Counted from the first letter of the stretch, positions 1-9,866 are shown. The stretch: DNA of 64,000 nt from an uncultured Alphaproteobacteria bacterium (GCA_902569095.1 CACFSX010000002.1:40161-104160); one strand, 5' to 3'. Notes: generated by a model from the letters alone, not told the origin. Numbers and translations: made by a program.

Positions 1-1032
1 GGCTGGCATATCACCAGGCATTGGCCCAGGATCTCCTGGAGGAGGTCCTTCTGGACCTTGATGTGCTCCTGCATCGTCCATGTGTGTATGCATATCACCC
101 ATTCCGTCTGGAGGAGGCATATCGCCTGGAGCTCCAGGTCCACCATCCATCGGTCCTGGTTCACCCATCGGATCACCTGGAGGCATATCACCTGGTGGCG
201 GTCCACCAGCTGGTCCACCTTCACCAAATAATGGATCCGGTCCTTCACCACCTGGAGGTGGCGGAGGCATTCCGTCTCCGTCCATATCCATGCCTGGAGG
301 AGGTCCATCGGGTCCCATTGTTTCTGGTCCCATATCAGGAGGAGGAGTTGCTGGTCCGAATTCTGGTCCACCTGCCATATCGCCTGGGGGTGGTCCATCT
401 GGTCCCATTGCGCCTGGACCCATATCGCCTGGGGGTGGTCCATCTGGTCCTGGACCCATATCACCTGGGGGTGGTCCATCTGGTCCCATTGCGCCTGGAC
501 CCATATCACCTGGAGGAGGTCCATCTGGTCCTGGACCCATATCACCTGGAGGAGGTCCATCTGGTCCTGGCCCTGCCATATCACCTGGAGGAGGTCCACC
601 TTCACCTGGAGGAGGTCCATCTGGTCCTGCCATATCCCCTGGAGCGCCTGGCAAATCACCTGGAGGCGGAGGTGGAGGAGCATCAGCACCTGGTCCCATG
701 TCAGGAACAGGAGGCATATCCGGACCAAAATCGGAACATGGCCCGTCAGGACATCCATCTAAATGAGTATCCATAACATCAGAAACAGCATCAAAAGCTT
801 CTGCTGCACTTGCACCAGGATTTTCAGCCATAAAATCGTTATATGCACCTTGAGCGGTATCAGCCATATTGGCCATAATTTCAGGTGGCATTCCACCTTC
901 CGTCATAACGTCCATAGCTGCAGTCATACATTCGTCGAAGCTACCTCCGCCTTGCATCGCGTCGAAAGCAGCAGTACCTGCAGCATCGCCGAGATCCATA
1001 AGTTCAGGAGGCAGGTTAGTAAAGTCTGCCAT
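1..1032 (-). CDS. Pro/Gly/Asp/Met-rich repeat protein, N-terminal 344 codons (ORF runs off the left edge of the window)
   Basis: Manual reverse-strand translation from ATG at 1032 (AAGGAA 8 nt upstream) is open for all 344 codons: MADFTNLPPELMDLGDAAGTAAFDAMQGGG... then repeats GPDGPPPGDMGPG(AM). It is missing from the ORF track only because no stop lies in the window. The listed + strand ORFs here are its antisense shadows. Confidence 0.6.
   Translation of the reverse strand, partial: MADFTNLPPELMDLGDAAGTAAFDAMQGGGSFDECMTAAMDVMTEGGMPPEIMANMADTAQGAYNDFMAENPGASAAEAFDAVSDVMDTHLDGCPDGPCSDFGPDMPPVPDMGPGADAPPPPPPGDLPGAPGDMAGPDGPPPGEGGPPPGDMAGPGPDGPPPGDMGPGPDGPPPGDMGPGAMGPDGPPPGDMGPGPDGPPPGDMGPGAMGPDGPPPGDMAGGPEFGPATPPPDMGPETMGPDGPPPGMDMDGDGMPPPPPGGEGPDPLFGEGGPAGGPPPGDMPPGDPMGEPGPMDGGPGAPGDMPPPDGMGDMHTHMDDAGAHQGPEGPPPGDPGPMPGDMPA
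375..640. repeat. In-frame tandem repeat, alternating 45-bp and 36-bp units (ccatatcRcctggRggWggtccatctggtcc...)
   Basis: Unit starts seen at 375, 420, 456, 501, 537 and 576. They encode GPDGPPPGDMGPGAM / GPDGPPPGDMGP on the minus strand. Locally GC-rich in an AT-rich genome. Confidence 0.75.
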
Positions 1033-1145
1033 AATAAATTCCTTTATTAAGTTTTAGATTAGGTTGTGTTAATACTTTTAATAAGTCGATACAGTCTTCT
1101 ACTATAATATTGAATTTTCATATTTAAATCAAGCTTTATTTAATT

Positions 1146-2471
1146 TTACATTTCCAGTATTTTAAAATTAAGTATTCCACATAATTTCAATAGTTCGAAA
1201 GACGAAATAATAAGCTGGAATTGTGCATTCACTAGGTTTGATTCTGCATCAGTTAGTTCTTTTTGTGCGTCAAGTATTTCTAAAGTAGTTCTAGTCCCAA
1301 CACTTGCTTCTTTAGTTACTCCCTCAACAGCCATTAAATTTGATTCAACCGAAACTTCAAGAGAATCAATACTTGATTTTGAACTTTCAATTTTCTTCCA
1401 TGCCGAATTAATTTGAAATTCTAAATTAAGTTTTTTGGTTTCAATAGATTTAATGATAGTGAGAGCAGAATCTTTGGATTTTTCTAAATTTAAGATATTA
1501 TGTCCTTTATTAAACAGCGGAACTGTTACATTGGCAGTTACCGAATATGAGTCTGTTCTTTCAACTGTTCTTGAGGGATCTAATGATTTTCCTACTGAAC
1601 CAGATAGGGAAAATTCCGGCGCAAAGTTTAAATTATTTTTTCTTACATCCAATTTCGAGTTCATGAGTTGTAATTTTAACTTTCTATAATCTGGATTCTT
1701 TTCTAAACCTGTTTTAATTGAATCTTTCAAAGATTTAGGAAGTTTTGGTATTTCACCAAATTTTGACCAATCTTTTGGATTAGCAGAGACAATTTGGGCA
1801 TTTTTAGATTCCAGCCATTTAATGTCTGGCGCTCTACCGACAATTGTTTTAAAATCAGAAATTGAGATTTCTAAATTATTTTCAGCCTCTATTCTTTTCG
1901 ACATAGCACCCGCTAATCTGGCTTTAGCCTGAAAAACATCGGTTTTAGTAACATCTTTAAATTCAAATCGCTTTTCCGCAGCATTAAGTTTTTTTTTAAG
2001 AGTTTCTTCGTTCCTTCTTGAAACATCTAAAAGAAAATGATCCCTTAATACAGTATAATAAGCCTTACTTGCTTTAAATAAAACATCTTGGACTGTGGCA
2101 TAAAAGGTTAATTTTGCAATGCTCAAGTTATTTTTAGCTTGCTTAAAATTTATCGCTTTTGTGTAACCTAAGGGTTGTGACAAATCTACGTCGAAAGATG
2201 TTGGATTGAAAGCACTGTCGTTTATTCGAGACGTATCAGGGTTGCTTTTTGAAATTGTTCTTCCTTGTGAAGCGGAAAAATCAAGGGATGGTAGAAAATC
2301 AGTTTTTGAAATTGTTAAGTCTTTCTCCGAAATTTTTAGTTCTGTTTTGCTCTTTTCTATGTCTGGATAAAAATTATATGCGTCTTTTAAAACATTAGAA
2401 AGTTCCTCAGAAATTGAAAAAAAAGGAAATAAGATTAATGCTAAGATAGCCAAGTTTAGTTTGGGATTCAC
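1146..2471 (-). CDS. tolC: TolC-family outer membrane efflux / type I secretion protein
   Basis: 441 aa with an N-terminal signal peptide. TolC-like N-terminus (LKDAYNFYPDIEKSKTELKISEKDL) and two-fold internal coiled-coil/beta repeat organisation. Confidence 0.8.
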   Translation of the reverse strand: MNPKLNLAILALILFPFFSISEELSNVLKDAYNFYPDIEKSKTELKISEKDLTISKTDFLPSLDFSASQGRTISKSNPDTSRINDSAFNPTSFDVDLSQPLGYTKAINFKQAKNNLSIAKLTFYATVQDVLFKASKAYYTVLRDHFLLDVSRRNEETLKKKLNAAEKRFEFKDVTKTDVFQAKARLAGAMSKRIEAENNLEISISDFKTIVGRAPDIKWLESKNAQIVSANPKDWSKFGEIPKLPKSLKDSIKTGLEKNPDYRKLKLQLMNSKLDVRKNNLNFAPEFSLSGSVGKSLDPSRTVERTDSYSVTANVTVPLFNKGHNILNLEKSKDSALTIIKSIETKKLNLEFQINSAWKKIESSKSSIDSLEVSVESNLMAVEGVTKEASVGTRTTLEILDAQKELTDAESNLVNAQFQLIISSFELLKLCGILNFKILEM

Positions 2472-2596
2472 TTCTAAATTTCCATTTCCTCAAATTAACT
2501 AATATTAAAGTAAGTTCTGAATAACAACAACATCTAAAAGAAAAATTTAAATTTTTCGCTTTTATTTCGCCTGTTCATATATTATAAGCAGATTAT

Positions 2597-2673
<77 letters not shown>

Positions 2674-2719
2674 TTTGGTTTTTGGAAAGCATTAATATTG
2701 ACCTCTAAGGGAGAAAATT

Positions 2720-3328
2720 ATGTTTAAAAACTATTTTATTGCAATTTTCATTATGATGATTGGACTTTCAGTTAGTGCTAACGATTATTTTAAAGCTCTA
2801 GAACTTTTTAATAAAAAAATGATAGAACAATCAATCATTCACTTTAAAAAAGTAGCTGAAGACGAGAATCATGAAAAGAGAAGTGATGCCATGTTTAATA
2901 TAGCTTTAATTTATGACAATGGTTTCGGAATACAAACTGATAAAACTAGAGCATTATATTACTATGAATCCGCTTCGCAATTATCAAACAAATATGCCTT
3001 ATACAATTTAGGTTGGATGTATTATAATGGTGAGAATGTGAACAAGGATGTTTTCAAAGCATTTGAATTGTACAAAACAGCATCAGACTTTGGTCATCCA
3101 AGAGCGATGTATAATTTAGCTAATATGTATTTCACAGGAACTGGTACTGTTAAAGATTTAAAAATGGCTTATAAATTTTTTTTGAAATCAAAGATGCATG
3201 GAATTCAAGAGAGTGAGTATTTTATTCAACAAATTGCAATTTCCCTGAAACCTGAAGAGCTAAGTATACTTAATAAAGAGTTTGAATCACTGATAGAAAA
3301 AAAGATAGTCTTGCCGACTATCAATTAA
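2720..3328 (+). CDS. Sel1-repeat (TPR-like) secreted protein
   Basis: Signal peptide plus repeated Sel1 motifs: AMFNIALIYDNGFGIQTDKTRALYYYESAS, YNLGWMYYNGENVNKD..AFELYKTAS, MYNLANMYFTGTGTVKDLKMAYKFF. Confidence 0.8.
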   Translation: MFKNYFIAIFIMMIGLSVSANDYFKALELFNKKMIEQSIIHFKKVAEDENHEKRSDAMFNIALIYDNGFGIQTDKTRALYYYESASQLSNKYALYNLGWMYYNGENVNKDVFKAFELYKTASDFGHPRAMYNLANMYFTGTGTVKDLKMAYKFFLKSKMHGIQESEYFIQQIAISLKPEELSILNKEFESLIEKKIVLPTIN

Positions 3329-3571
3329 AAAGAAATCTAAACAAAACTAATAATAGATAAAATGATATGAGAAAACATATAATAACTGTAGTAAACCTAT
3401 TTCTTCTAAACTTCAAAAAATATTTATATGAAAGGTAAGTATCTATTAAAGCAATAGTAAATGCCAAAAAATAGATATTCATATAATCAATAAACTGTAT
3501 TTTAAAAATAAATTTTCAAAATTATTAATATTTGATATATTTATAATTACTTCCTCCCCAATATAATTGTA

Positions 3572-3599
3572 AAAGGCGCTTTTTTAAAAGCGCCTTTTA
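3572..3599. terminator. Palindromic hairpin AAAGGCGCTTTT / AAAAGCGCCTTT between convergent genes
   Basis: Near-perfect inverted repeat with A/T runs on both sides. It overlaps the last codons of the minus-strand ORF 3584-3916. Confidence 0.4.
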
Positions 3600-3916
3600 A
3601 CTTTAATGCAGTTATAACGTTTAATATACTGGTCTTTGTAAGTTATCCATTTATTTGTAGCAATATTAAAGGTACTTCTAGAGTTAAATACATCGTTATA
3701 CAAGACTATTTCGTTCCTACTAAATAAAACTACATTATCAAAAAATCCTCCAGAATAATTGACTATTGTTCTATCTTCAAAGTTTACAATCTTGGAAAAG
3801 TCTTTGCTTAGTCCTATATATGGAGAAGAGTTTATTTCTGAGCAGACAAGTTTAAAATCTTGGCATATCGCAGATTTATTTAGAAAAAAAATTATAATTA
3901 AAAAAATTCTAATCAT
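3584..3916 (-). CDS. Small secreted hypothetical protein
   Basis: 110-aa ORF with a hydrophobic N-terminus (MIRIFLIIIFFLNKSAICQ) and Cys near both ends of the mature part. Confidence 0.5.
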   Translation of the reverse strand: MIRIFLIIIFFLNKSAICQDFKLVCSEINSSPYIGLSKDFSKIVNFEDRTIVNYSGGFFDNVVLFSRNEIVLYNDVFNSRSTFNIATNKWITYKDQYIKRYNCIKVKRRF

Positions 3917-3928
3917 CTTAATCTTATT

Positions 3929-4005
3929 TGGCGACCCCGGTACGATTCGAACGTACGACCTACTGCTTAGAAGGCAGTTGCTCTATCCAGCTGAGCTACG
4001 GGGCC
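3929..4005 (-). tRNA. tRNA-Arg (UCU)
   Basis: Reverse complement GGCCCCGTAGCTCAGCTGGATAGAGCAACTGCCTTCTAAGCAGT...GTACGTTCGAATCGTACCGGGGTCGCCA. Anticodon loop CTTCTAA. Confidence 0.9.
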
Positions 4006-4211
4006 CAATAAAATCTATTTATACATAAAGAAAATAAAGATTGGAATTTTTATTTTTTTAAATTTTATTATAAAATACTAACGATTTTCTTAAATGTAAT
4101 CTAATCATGTTTGCATTGTAATTTTAAAATCTAATAATTCCTTTGGACCATTTGTAGTGAATATGAAAAAGGGTTTAATATAATTTTGATGCTCAGCAAT
4201 GAGTAGATTTT

Positions 4212-4538
4212 TCAATCAATTTTTTTTTTTGATTTTGAAGAATGTTTTTCATTATTTTTTTTCATTATAAAAACAGGAAATAATGTTATAAATGAAATTA
4301 CAAGTGATGCTATTAAAATCACAATTATCCAGTAAGAAGTTGCAATTTTTTCACAAAGATCTTTGTTAGTTAGTGCAAAATCTTCGCCGCACTTTTCATA
4401 GTTGTAAAATAAATGCGGAATTAGTTGTGTGTCTGAAAAATAAATTAATTTAATTAAAAATACAAAAGATGATAAAAAGATTAGGAGAAAAGAGGTACCA
4501 ATAGTGCAAAGTAAAAGTCTTAAAAGGAAAAAAATCAT
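4212..4538 (-). CDS. Small membrane protein, hypothetical
   Basis: 108-aa ORF with two or three hydrophobic segments and a lysine-rich tail. Confidence 0.4.
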   Translation of the reverse strand: MIFFLLRLLLCTIGTSFLLIFLSSFVFLIKLIYFSDTQLIPHLFYNYEKCGEDFALTNKDLCEKIATSYWIIVILIASLVISFITLFPVFIMKKNNEKHSSKSKKKID

Positions 4539-4560
4539 TTTAACAAAATATTTATATGTT

Positions 4561-5139
4561 TTAATGTTTGATTTTATATTCTAATTCATTGACGTTTCTC
4601 TGGAATCTATCTTTAAGTGTTTTGTGATTCTTTAAAGATTTTTTTAATTTATTACATAGTGTTTTGTAATACCACAAAATATCACTAGTTGATTGAAAAT
4701 GATTTTTCCATAATTTTTTTCCAATTTTATTATGATCATTTATCATGCAGCTTACACTGTGAAGTTTATCGCATAAAATTACAAAAAGAGAAGATTGTGA
4801 TTTTTTTTGAATTGTTTCTAAATATTCTTTTTTGTTTAGAAGCCATTGATCATTTGAGTCTTTAAAATCAGAACATTGTTTTACAATATTAAAAACTTTT
4901 ACACCGAATTTTTTTTTTATAAAATTTGATTTTTTTGTTATATCTTCTAACTCGAAATAATCGTGAATTAAAGCTGCAATTGCTTCATCAGTGTTTCCGT
5001 TGTTTTCTATTATTAAATTACTAACTGATGATAGATAATTAAAATACGGAAACTTTATTCCCTTTCTATATTTGTTCCTGTAAAAGTTAAACGAAAAGTC
5101 TAATGCCCTTTTGTATTGAATTAAATCTAATTTCCCCAT
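4561..5139 (-). CDS. HD-domain protein resembling the RelA/SpoT hydrolase domain (small alarmone hydrolase-like)
   Basis: Segment TDEAIAALIHDYFELEDITKKSNFIKKKFGVKVFNIVKQCSD parallels the SpoT hydrolase signature (AALLHDvvEDt...FG..V..lV..vT). The first His of the canonical HD set was not seen. Confidence 0.45.
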   Translation of the reverse strand: MGKLDLIQYKRALDFSFNFYRNKYRKGIKFPYFNYLSSVSNLIIENNGNTDEAIAALIHDYFELEDITKKSNFIKKKFGVKVFNIVKQCSDFKDSNDQWLLNKKEYLETIQKKSQSSLFVILCDKLHSVSCMINDHNKIGKKLWKNHFQSTSDILWYYKTLCNKLKKSLKNHKTLKDRFQRNVNELEYKIKH

Positions 5140-5209
5140 GTTATAAATAAATGTTTAAAAGATTATAAATTTATTGTTCTGAAGAGTAATATCAGCATTG
5201 GAAATTTTT

Positions 5210-6226
5210 TTAAATGTTTTTATAAAAATTATTTAAAGTTTCAATGTGTGTTACAGCTGCTTTTGCATTACCTACAACATTGTAACCTCCCTCTAAAATT
5301 GACAGAATTCTTCCATTACAGTGCTTTTCGGCTATTTGGAGCGCAATTGTTGTCAGTGTTTTAAATCCTTTATCTGAAACGTCAAAGCAACCAAGAGGAT
5401 CATCCTTTCTACTATCAAATCCAGCAGATATTAAAATAAAATCAGGTTTAAAAATATTTGCTTTTTTTACTAATTTATTTTCATAAGTACTTATAATTTT
5501 TTTATCAGTTGTACCGCAAGGAAGGTGAATATTAACATTATATCCTTTACCTTTACCACTTCCTGTTCTGTCAGGTGATCCAGTTCTTGGGTAGGCGTTT
5601 GCATCATGAGTTGAAAAGAAAAGAACTGAAGGATCATTATAAAAGAATAATTCTGTTGAATTCCCATGATGATAGTCCCAATCAATGATAAGTACTTTAT
5701 TTAATTTATATTTATTTTGTATATATTTAGCTGATATTGCGACATGGTTATAAAAACAAAATCCTTCATGTTTACCAGTATTTAGGGCATGATGTCCAGG
5801 TGGACGCACTGCACAAAAAATATTTTTAAGCCTGTTTTTCATAATTTCATCTATACCTTGTAAACAGCCTTTAACTGCTGTTAATGAAGATTTCTCACCA
5901 ATTGGATACTTACTCTTTAAAGACTTAACATGATAATTTGAATGGATAGTCTTTATCCAATTTTTTTCTTTTGTTTCAAGATTGATTTCACGAATCAAAA
6001 TTCCTAATTTTTTTTTTTCAAGTAATTTTATTAATTCTATAATTCTCTCGGATTTCTCTGGGTGATCAATTGAGATTAAATGATTTAGTACAATATCGTG
6101 TGTTAAAACTGCTGTGTGATTACGTTTTTTAAAATTTGCAAATAGACTATTAAAAAACTTTATTTTAAAAAAGAAAAAAAGAATAGTGATAAAAGAAAAC
6201 AGCAGAAATTTCCTTTTTTTCATCAT
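5210..6226 (-). CDS. Histone deacetylase-family amidohydrolase (AcuC / acetylpolyamine amidohydrolase-like) with an N-terminal hydrophobic anchor
   Basis: Motifs RPPGHHA, FCFYNHVA, IIDWDYHHGN, SAGFDSRKDDPLG and ILEGGYN. N-terminus MMKKRKFLLFSFITILFFFFKI. Confidence 0.85.
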   Translation of the reverse strand: MMKKRKFLLFSFITILFFFFKIKFFNSLFANFKKRNHTAVLTHDIVLNHLISIDHPEKSERIIELIKLLEKKKLGILIREINLETKEKNWIKTIHSNYHVKSLKSKYPIGEKSSLTAVKGCLQGIDEIMKNRLKNIFCAVRPPGHHALNTGKHEGFCFYNHVAISAKYIQNKYKLNKVLIIDWDYHHGNSTELFFYNDPSVLFFSTHDANAYPRTGSPDRTGSGKGKGYNVNIHLPCGTTDKKIISTYENKLVKKANIFKPDFILISAGFDSRKDDPLGCFDVSDKGFKTLTTIALQIAEKHCNGRILSILEGGYNVVGNAKAAVTHIETLNNFYKNI

Positions 6227-6232
6227 TTGAGA

Positions 6233-6829
6233 TTATCTTTTTATTTGAAATATTGATTCATAAGTAGTTTCGTAGATTCTTTCAATAAGATTTTCAAGCG
6301 CTTTTTGTCCAGATTTAACTGCACCATTCTGTAAATTACAATTAAGAAAAATATTTTTTTCCCAATTCATACTCGAAGAAATATCATTTGTGATACTTTT
6401 TGAGGAATTTGAGACCTCAATTTTGGTATCTAATGAAATTTGGTACATCCCAGTATTCCTGACTGTTTTAAATTTTGAGTTTCCTATAAAATCGGAGAAA
6501 GAAATTTGAGAAACAAAACCACTTTCTTCTATTTTTTCTTTTTCTAATTTTTGGTCAACTATTTCAAAATCTTTGAACATTTTATAAACTAAAGCTTCAA
6601 TTGATTTCTTGATTGGTTCCTCAAAGTTTAATTTTAGTGCCCAGGATTCGCAGTTTTCAGATTCAATTCGATTAATTTGGTTAAAATTCTCATTAGAAAT
6701 AAAGATCGCGTGTTTTCCCTCTATTTTAGCTGTAGGAGGAGGAGAAACTTCTAAGATATTTGATTTATCAAAATTTTTAGCGCAACTTACTATAAGAAAA
6801 AGCAAACATATAAAAAAAAAATTTTTCAC
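6233..6829 (-). CDS. Lipoprotein, hypothetical
   Basis: Lipobox-like FLIVSC after a hydrophobic N-terminus; 198 aa. Confidence 0.55.
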   Translation of the reverse strand: MKNFFFICLLFLIVSCAKNFDKSNILEVSPPPTAKIEGKHAIFISNENFNQINRIESENCESWALKLNFEEPIKKSIEALVYKMFKDFEIVDQKLEKEKIEESGFVSQISFSDFIGNSKFKTVRNTGMYQISLDTKIEVSNSSKSITNDISSSMNWEKNIFLNCNLQNGAVKSGQKALENLIERIYETTYESIFQIKR

Positions 6830-7280
6830 AATATTTAGATTATAATAATTAAGACATTATTGAAATTAAAATTTAAATACGTAGGACTTGAAATTTTCCT
6901 ACGCATTTAAAAAAAAGAAAGTTTTACCTCTTTGAAAATTTATATCCCCATCTGTTTTCAGATGCGTCCCAAACCCTATTAGTTTCTTTGGGTATTTTTA
7001 CAAAGAAGTTATTAAACTTTATTATATTAGTGGTTAATAACATACTGTTAACTCCTTTAAAGTTAATTAGCATGTACTTTTGACGCATGTACTATGCGCC
7101 ACTTTTAAACCATGTGGATGGTAATTTTATTATACAAATATTTAAGCCAGTTACAACAACTAATGAATATTAATGAATTTCATAAATCGATAGTTTAAAA
7201 TATACATGTTTTAGCTTTATATTTTTAAAAGAGTTCATAGAGGTGTTGAATATCCACAAGAGAACTATATTCTATAAATC

Positions 7281-7640
7281 ATGATTTTGTTTTTCTTGAT
7301 ATTTCTTTTTTTTATACCTGTTTATGCGGGTGAAATTGATGGGAAAGGAATAATTTGTGATGTATATGGAGATACTGTGGGATATTTCTTTGAAAGTGAT
7401 AGAGCTTTTGAATATAAAATCGCTGGAGGAGATAAAGGGCTGGAGGTTGTAAAAAAAGATGTGGGAAAATATTACACAAATGAAAATTCAATTTTCATTA
7501 ATGAAATTAAAATTAATAGAAAAGATTTAAAGTATCAAAAATTTTCTTCATTTAGAGGTAATTGCGAGGCTTACGACGATTTTAATTCCTTTAAAGAGGG
7601 ATTTGATATAGAAAAACTTATTGAGGATAATAAGATTTAA
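7281..7640 (+). CDS. Small secreted two-cysteine protein (paralogue of 10791-11258)
   Basis: Signal peptide, then GKGIICDV...YFFESD...INRKDLKY...GNCEAYDDF...DNKI. Aligns by eye with GKGLSCFS...LYFESD...LRRKDLEL...LKCKILDDEF...SNKI. Confidence 0.55.
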   Translation: MILFFLIFLFFIPVYAGEIDGKGIICDVYGDTVGYFFESDRAFEYKIAGGDKGLEVVKKDVGKYYTNENSIFINEIKINRKDLKYQKFSSFRGNCEAYDDFNSFKEGFDIEKLIEDNKI

Positions 7641-8063
7641 ATGAAAAGCTTTAATCTGACTTATGCAGCATTTTTATTTCCAGCTATCCCTTTGATGATG
7701 CTTACCTTTGGAAACAGATGGATAGCAATTAGCAAGTTAATTAGACAAATGCATAAGGATTTAATTGACAAACGAAAACAACAAAGTAAATCAGCACCTA
7801 AATATCTGGTTCAAATTAAAATTTTAAGTTTGAGACTTAAATATGTAAAATATATGCAATTATTCTCAGGAATAGCTTTTATTATTAACCTTCTGACAAT
7901 TCTATTTGGAATGATTGGGAGCATAATAACACCTTATTTGTTTGCTATGGCCTTATTACTTTTTTCAACTGCATTGTTTATTTTTCTTATCGAAATTAAT
8001 TTAAGTAGTCATGCTCTTAGAACACATCTTGAAGATTTAGAAGAAAAAAAAAATAATGTTTAA
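7641..8063 (+). CDS. Membrane protein (DUF2721-like)
   Basis: 140 aa with three hydrophobic segments separated by a basic loop. Start abuts the upstream stop (TAAATG). Confidence 0.45.
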   Translation: MKSFNLTYAAFLFPAIPLMMLTFGNRWIAISKLIRQMHKDLIDKRKQQSKSAPKYLVQIKILSLRLKYVKYMQLFSGIAFIINLLTILFGMIGSIITPYLFAMALLLFSTALFIFLIEINLSSHALRTHLEDLEEKKNNV

Positions 8064-8116
8064 TACACTTGTAAATTTTATCTTGTGTTTTTTTTATTTA
8101 ATATTAAAAAACTAAT

Positions 8117-8737
8117 ATGATTTTCGTAAGGTTTACAATTTTATTACTGTTATTTTCAGGAAATTTAAAAGCCTCTGAGTTTAGTTCTCGAGAAGTTTTC
8201 AATAAGCTTCTAAAGGGTTTTTATAAAAATGAAATACATAAATGTAATTATGTTAATAAATCCTGGAGTACTGGTTTTGAGCAGTATCCTTATGGAATGG
8301 TTTTAAATAGCAGTGCATTTAAGAATATATTAGTTTTTAACAACAGAAATGTTGTAGGAACATTATGGCCAAACATAGGAGAAATATCCTTGGAAAGGGG
8401 CGTGAGAAAATATCAGTTATGGAAAAAAAATAAAAATGATGAATATGAATTACTTAATACAGATTATTTGGATGATGCAAGCAGTGCTGATATAAACCTA
8501 AAATCTAAAACAAATTCAAGTTATAAAGTATATTTTGATAATAAAACACTAAAAATTGGAGTAAAACACTGGATTACAGATTTTTACAGTTGTGAAAAAA
8601 TTGAATCATCGAATTTTGCCAAAAAAAAATTAATTGATATTTTTGTTAACCAAAACGAATATGTAAAAAAAGATTTCGCGTATAGAGAGAAAAACCCAAG
8701 CCTATTTACCAATAATATTGAACTCCTTGCAAATTAA
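8117..8737 (+). CDS. Secreted hypothetical protein
   Basis: 206-aa ORF with a signal peptide (ILLLLFSGNLKASE). Confidence 0.5.
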   Translation: MIFVRFTILLLLFSGNLKASEFSSREVFNKLLKGFYKNEIHKCNYVNKSWSTGFEQYPYGMVLNSSAFKNILVFNNRNVVGTLWPNIGEISLERGVRKYQLWKKNKNDEYELLNTDYLDDASSADINLKSKTNSSYKVYFDNKTLKIGVKHWITDFYSCEKIESSNFAKKKLIDIFVNQNEYVKKDFAYREKNPSLFTNNIELLAN

Positions 8738-9034
8738 TATGGTATAATTGTGGTAGAAATAAAATTTATTATTTAAGATAATCTTATTTTTTATTTTTGT
8801 AGTTTATTTATTAATAAATACTTTATTGAATAGATATTTTATATGAAAACAGTTAATTGTGGACTAGCATTAATTGTGATTGTATTGATATTTCTTTCAC
8901 TATTTTACATGAAGGTAAACAAAAACTTTTAACAATCAATGAACAGTTGGAAGTTATAAACTCTAAACTGGATCACATAGATTATGATCTGCACGAGTTG
9001 GAGGAAAAATAAACCTAGTTGAGTTAAGATTGAT

Positions 9035-9235
9035 TTAAATCTTAAGATTAACAGCTGAATTTTTTCCATTTTCTTCAGCAATTTCGAATGTTATATCTTG
9101 GCCCTCTTCTAAATTATCAATACCTGAGCTTTTTAAGGCCGTTTTATGAACAAAAACATCTTTTGATCCATCTTCAGGCTGGATAAATCCATAACCTTTT
9201 TTAAAATTAAACCATTTAACTTTACCTTTTATCAT
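9035..9235 (-). CDS. cspA: Cold-shock protein, CspA family
   Basis: 66 aa with RNP motifs KGYGFI and VFVH: [34 protein letters not shown]. Long upstream leader (9236-9500). Confidence 0.92.
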   Translation of the reverse strand: MIKGKVKWFNFKKGYGFIQPEDGSKDVFVHKTALKSSGIDNLEEGQDITFEIAEENGKNSAVNLKI

Positions 9236-9518
9236 TTTTCTCCTTATTAAAATAAGAACTTAGATCATAAAACGTCTAAGAGCATTAAATAAATTTGATT
9301 GAATCTAAATGATATTCTAAATGAGAGATATTATTGTAGGAGTCAACGCAATTTATTAATTATATTATAACCAAGTTCTATTAATTTAGATAGTTTTAAT
9401 ATTTAAAAAAACAATCTTTAATATTTTTAATTTGAAAGCCACCTTGCTTTTGCTTCAATATAAAATTTACTATTACAAGGTGGTGACATTAAAATAATAG
9501 CAATTTGTAAAAAAGAAA

Positions 9519-9866
9519 ATGAAAAAGTTAATAATTTTTATATATTTTTTTGGTTTTAGTTTGTTAGCTAAGGATTTTTGTGTCATTAGTAATATTTTAG
9601 ATAACAGAAAACAAATCCTAAATTGCGATGATAAACAGTTGCTTTTTGGTTATATTAAATTCAAATCAAAACAAAATAATCTAAAATTTTCTTTAAACAA
9701 AGAGATAAAAGAGTATGTCCCTCATCGATATAAGTCAGAAATTTTGACTTTTGTCAGAAATAATTGTTATAAAAAATCTTTAAAAATAAAAACTATTACA
9801 AATTTCAATAGTAAATTAGATGAATATATTAATGAAATTATCATAGAATGTAGATATAAATTATGA
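9519..9866 (+). CDS. Small secreted hypothetical protein
   Basis: 115 aa with a signal peptide and cysteines near both ends. Confidence 0.5.
   Translation: MKKLIIFIYFFGFSLLAKDFCVISNILDNRKQILNCDDKQLLFGYIKFKSKQNNLKFSLNKEIKEYVPHRYKSEILTFVRNNCYKKSLKIKTITNFNSKLDEYINEIIIECRYKL

Noticed and set aside
21-776. Two long plus-strand ORFs (21-776 and 80-766), and 763-1050 / 869-1057, from the ORF track
   Set aside because: They are antisense or alternate-frame shadows of the GC-rich repeat. Their translations are monotonous (LVHL.../GGGPSGP...) and they lack a plausible start context. The minus-strand frame is open across all 1032 nt and has an SD-ATG and a sensible non-repeat N-domain.
3759-4028. 89-aa plus-strand ORF
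   Set aside because: It overlaps the tRNA-Arg gene and is antisense to 3584-3916.
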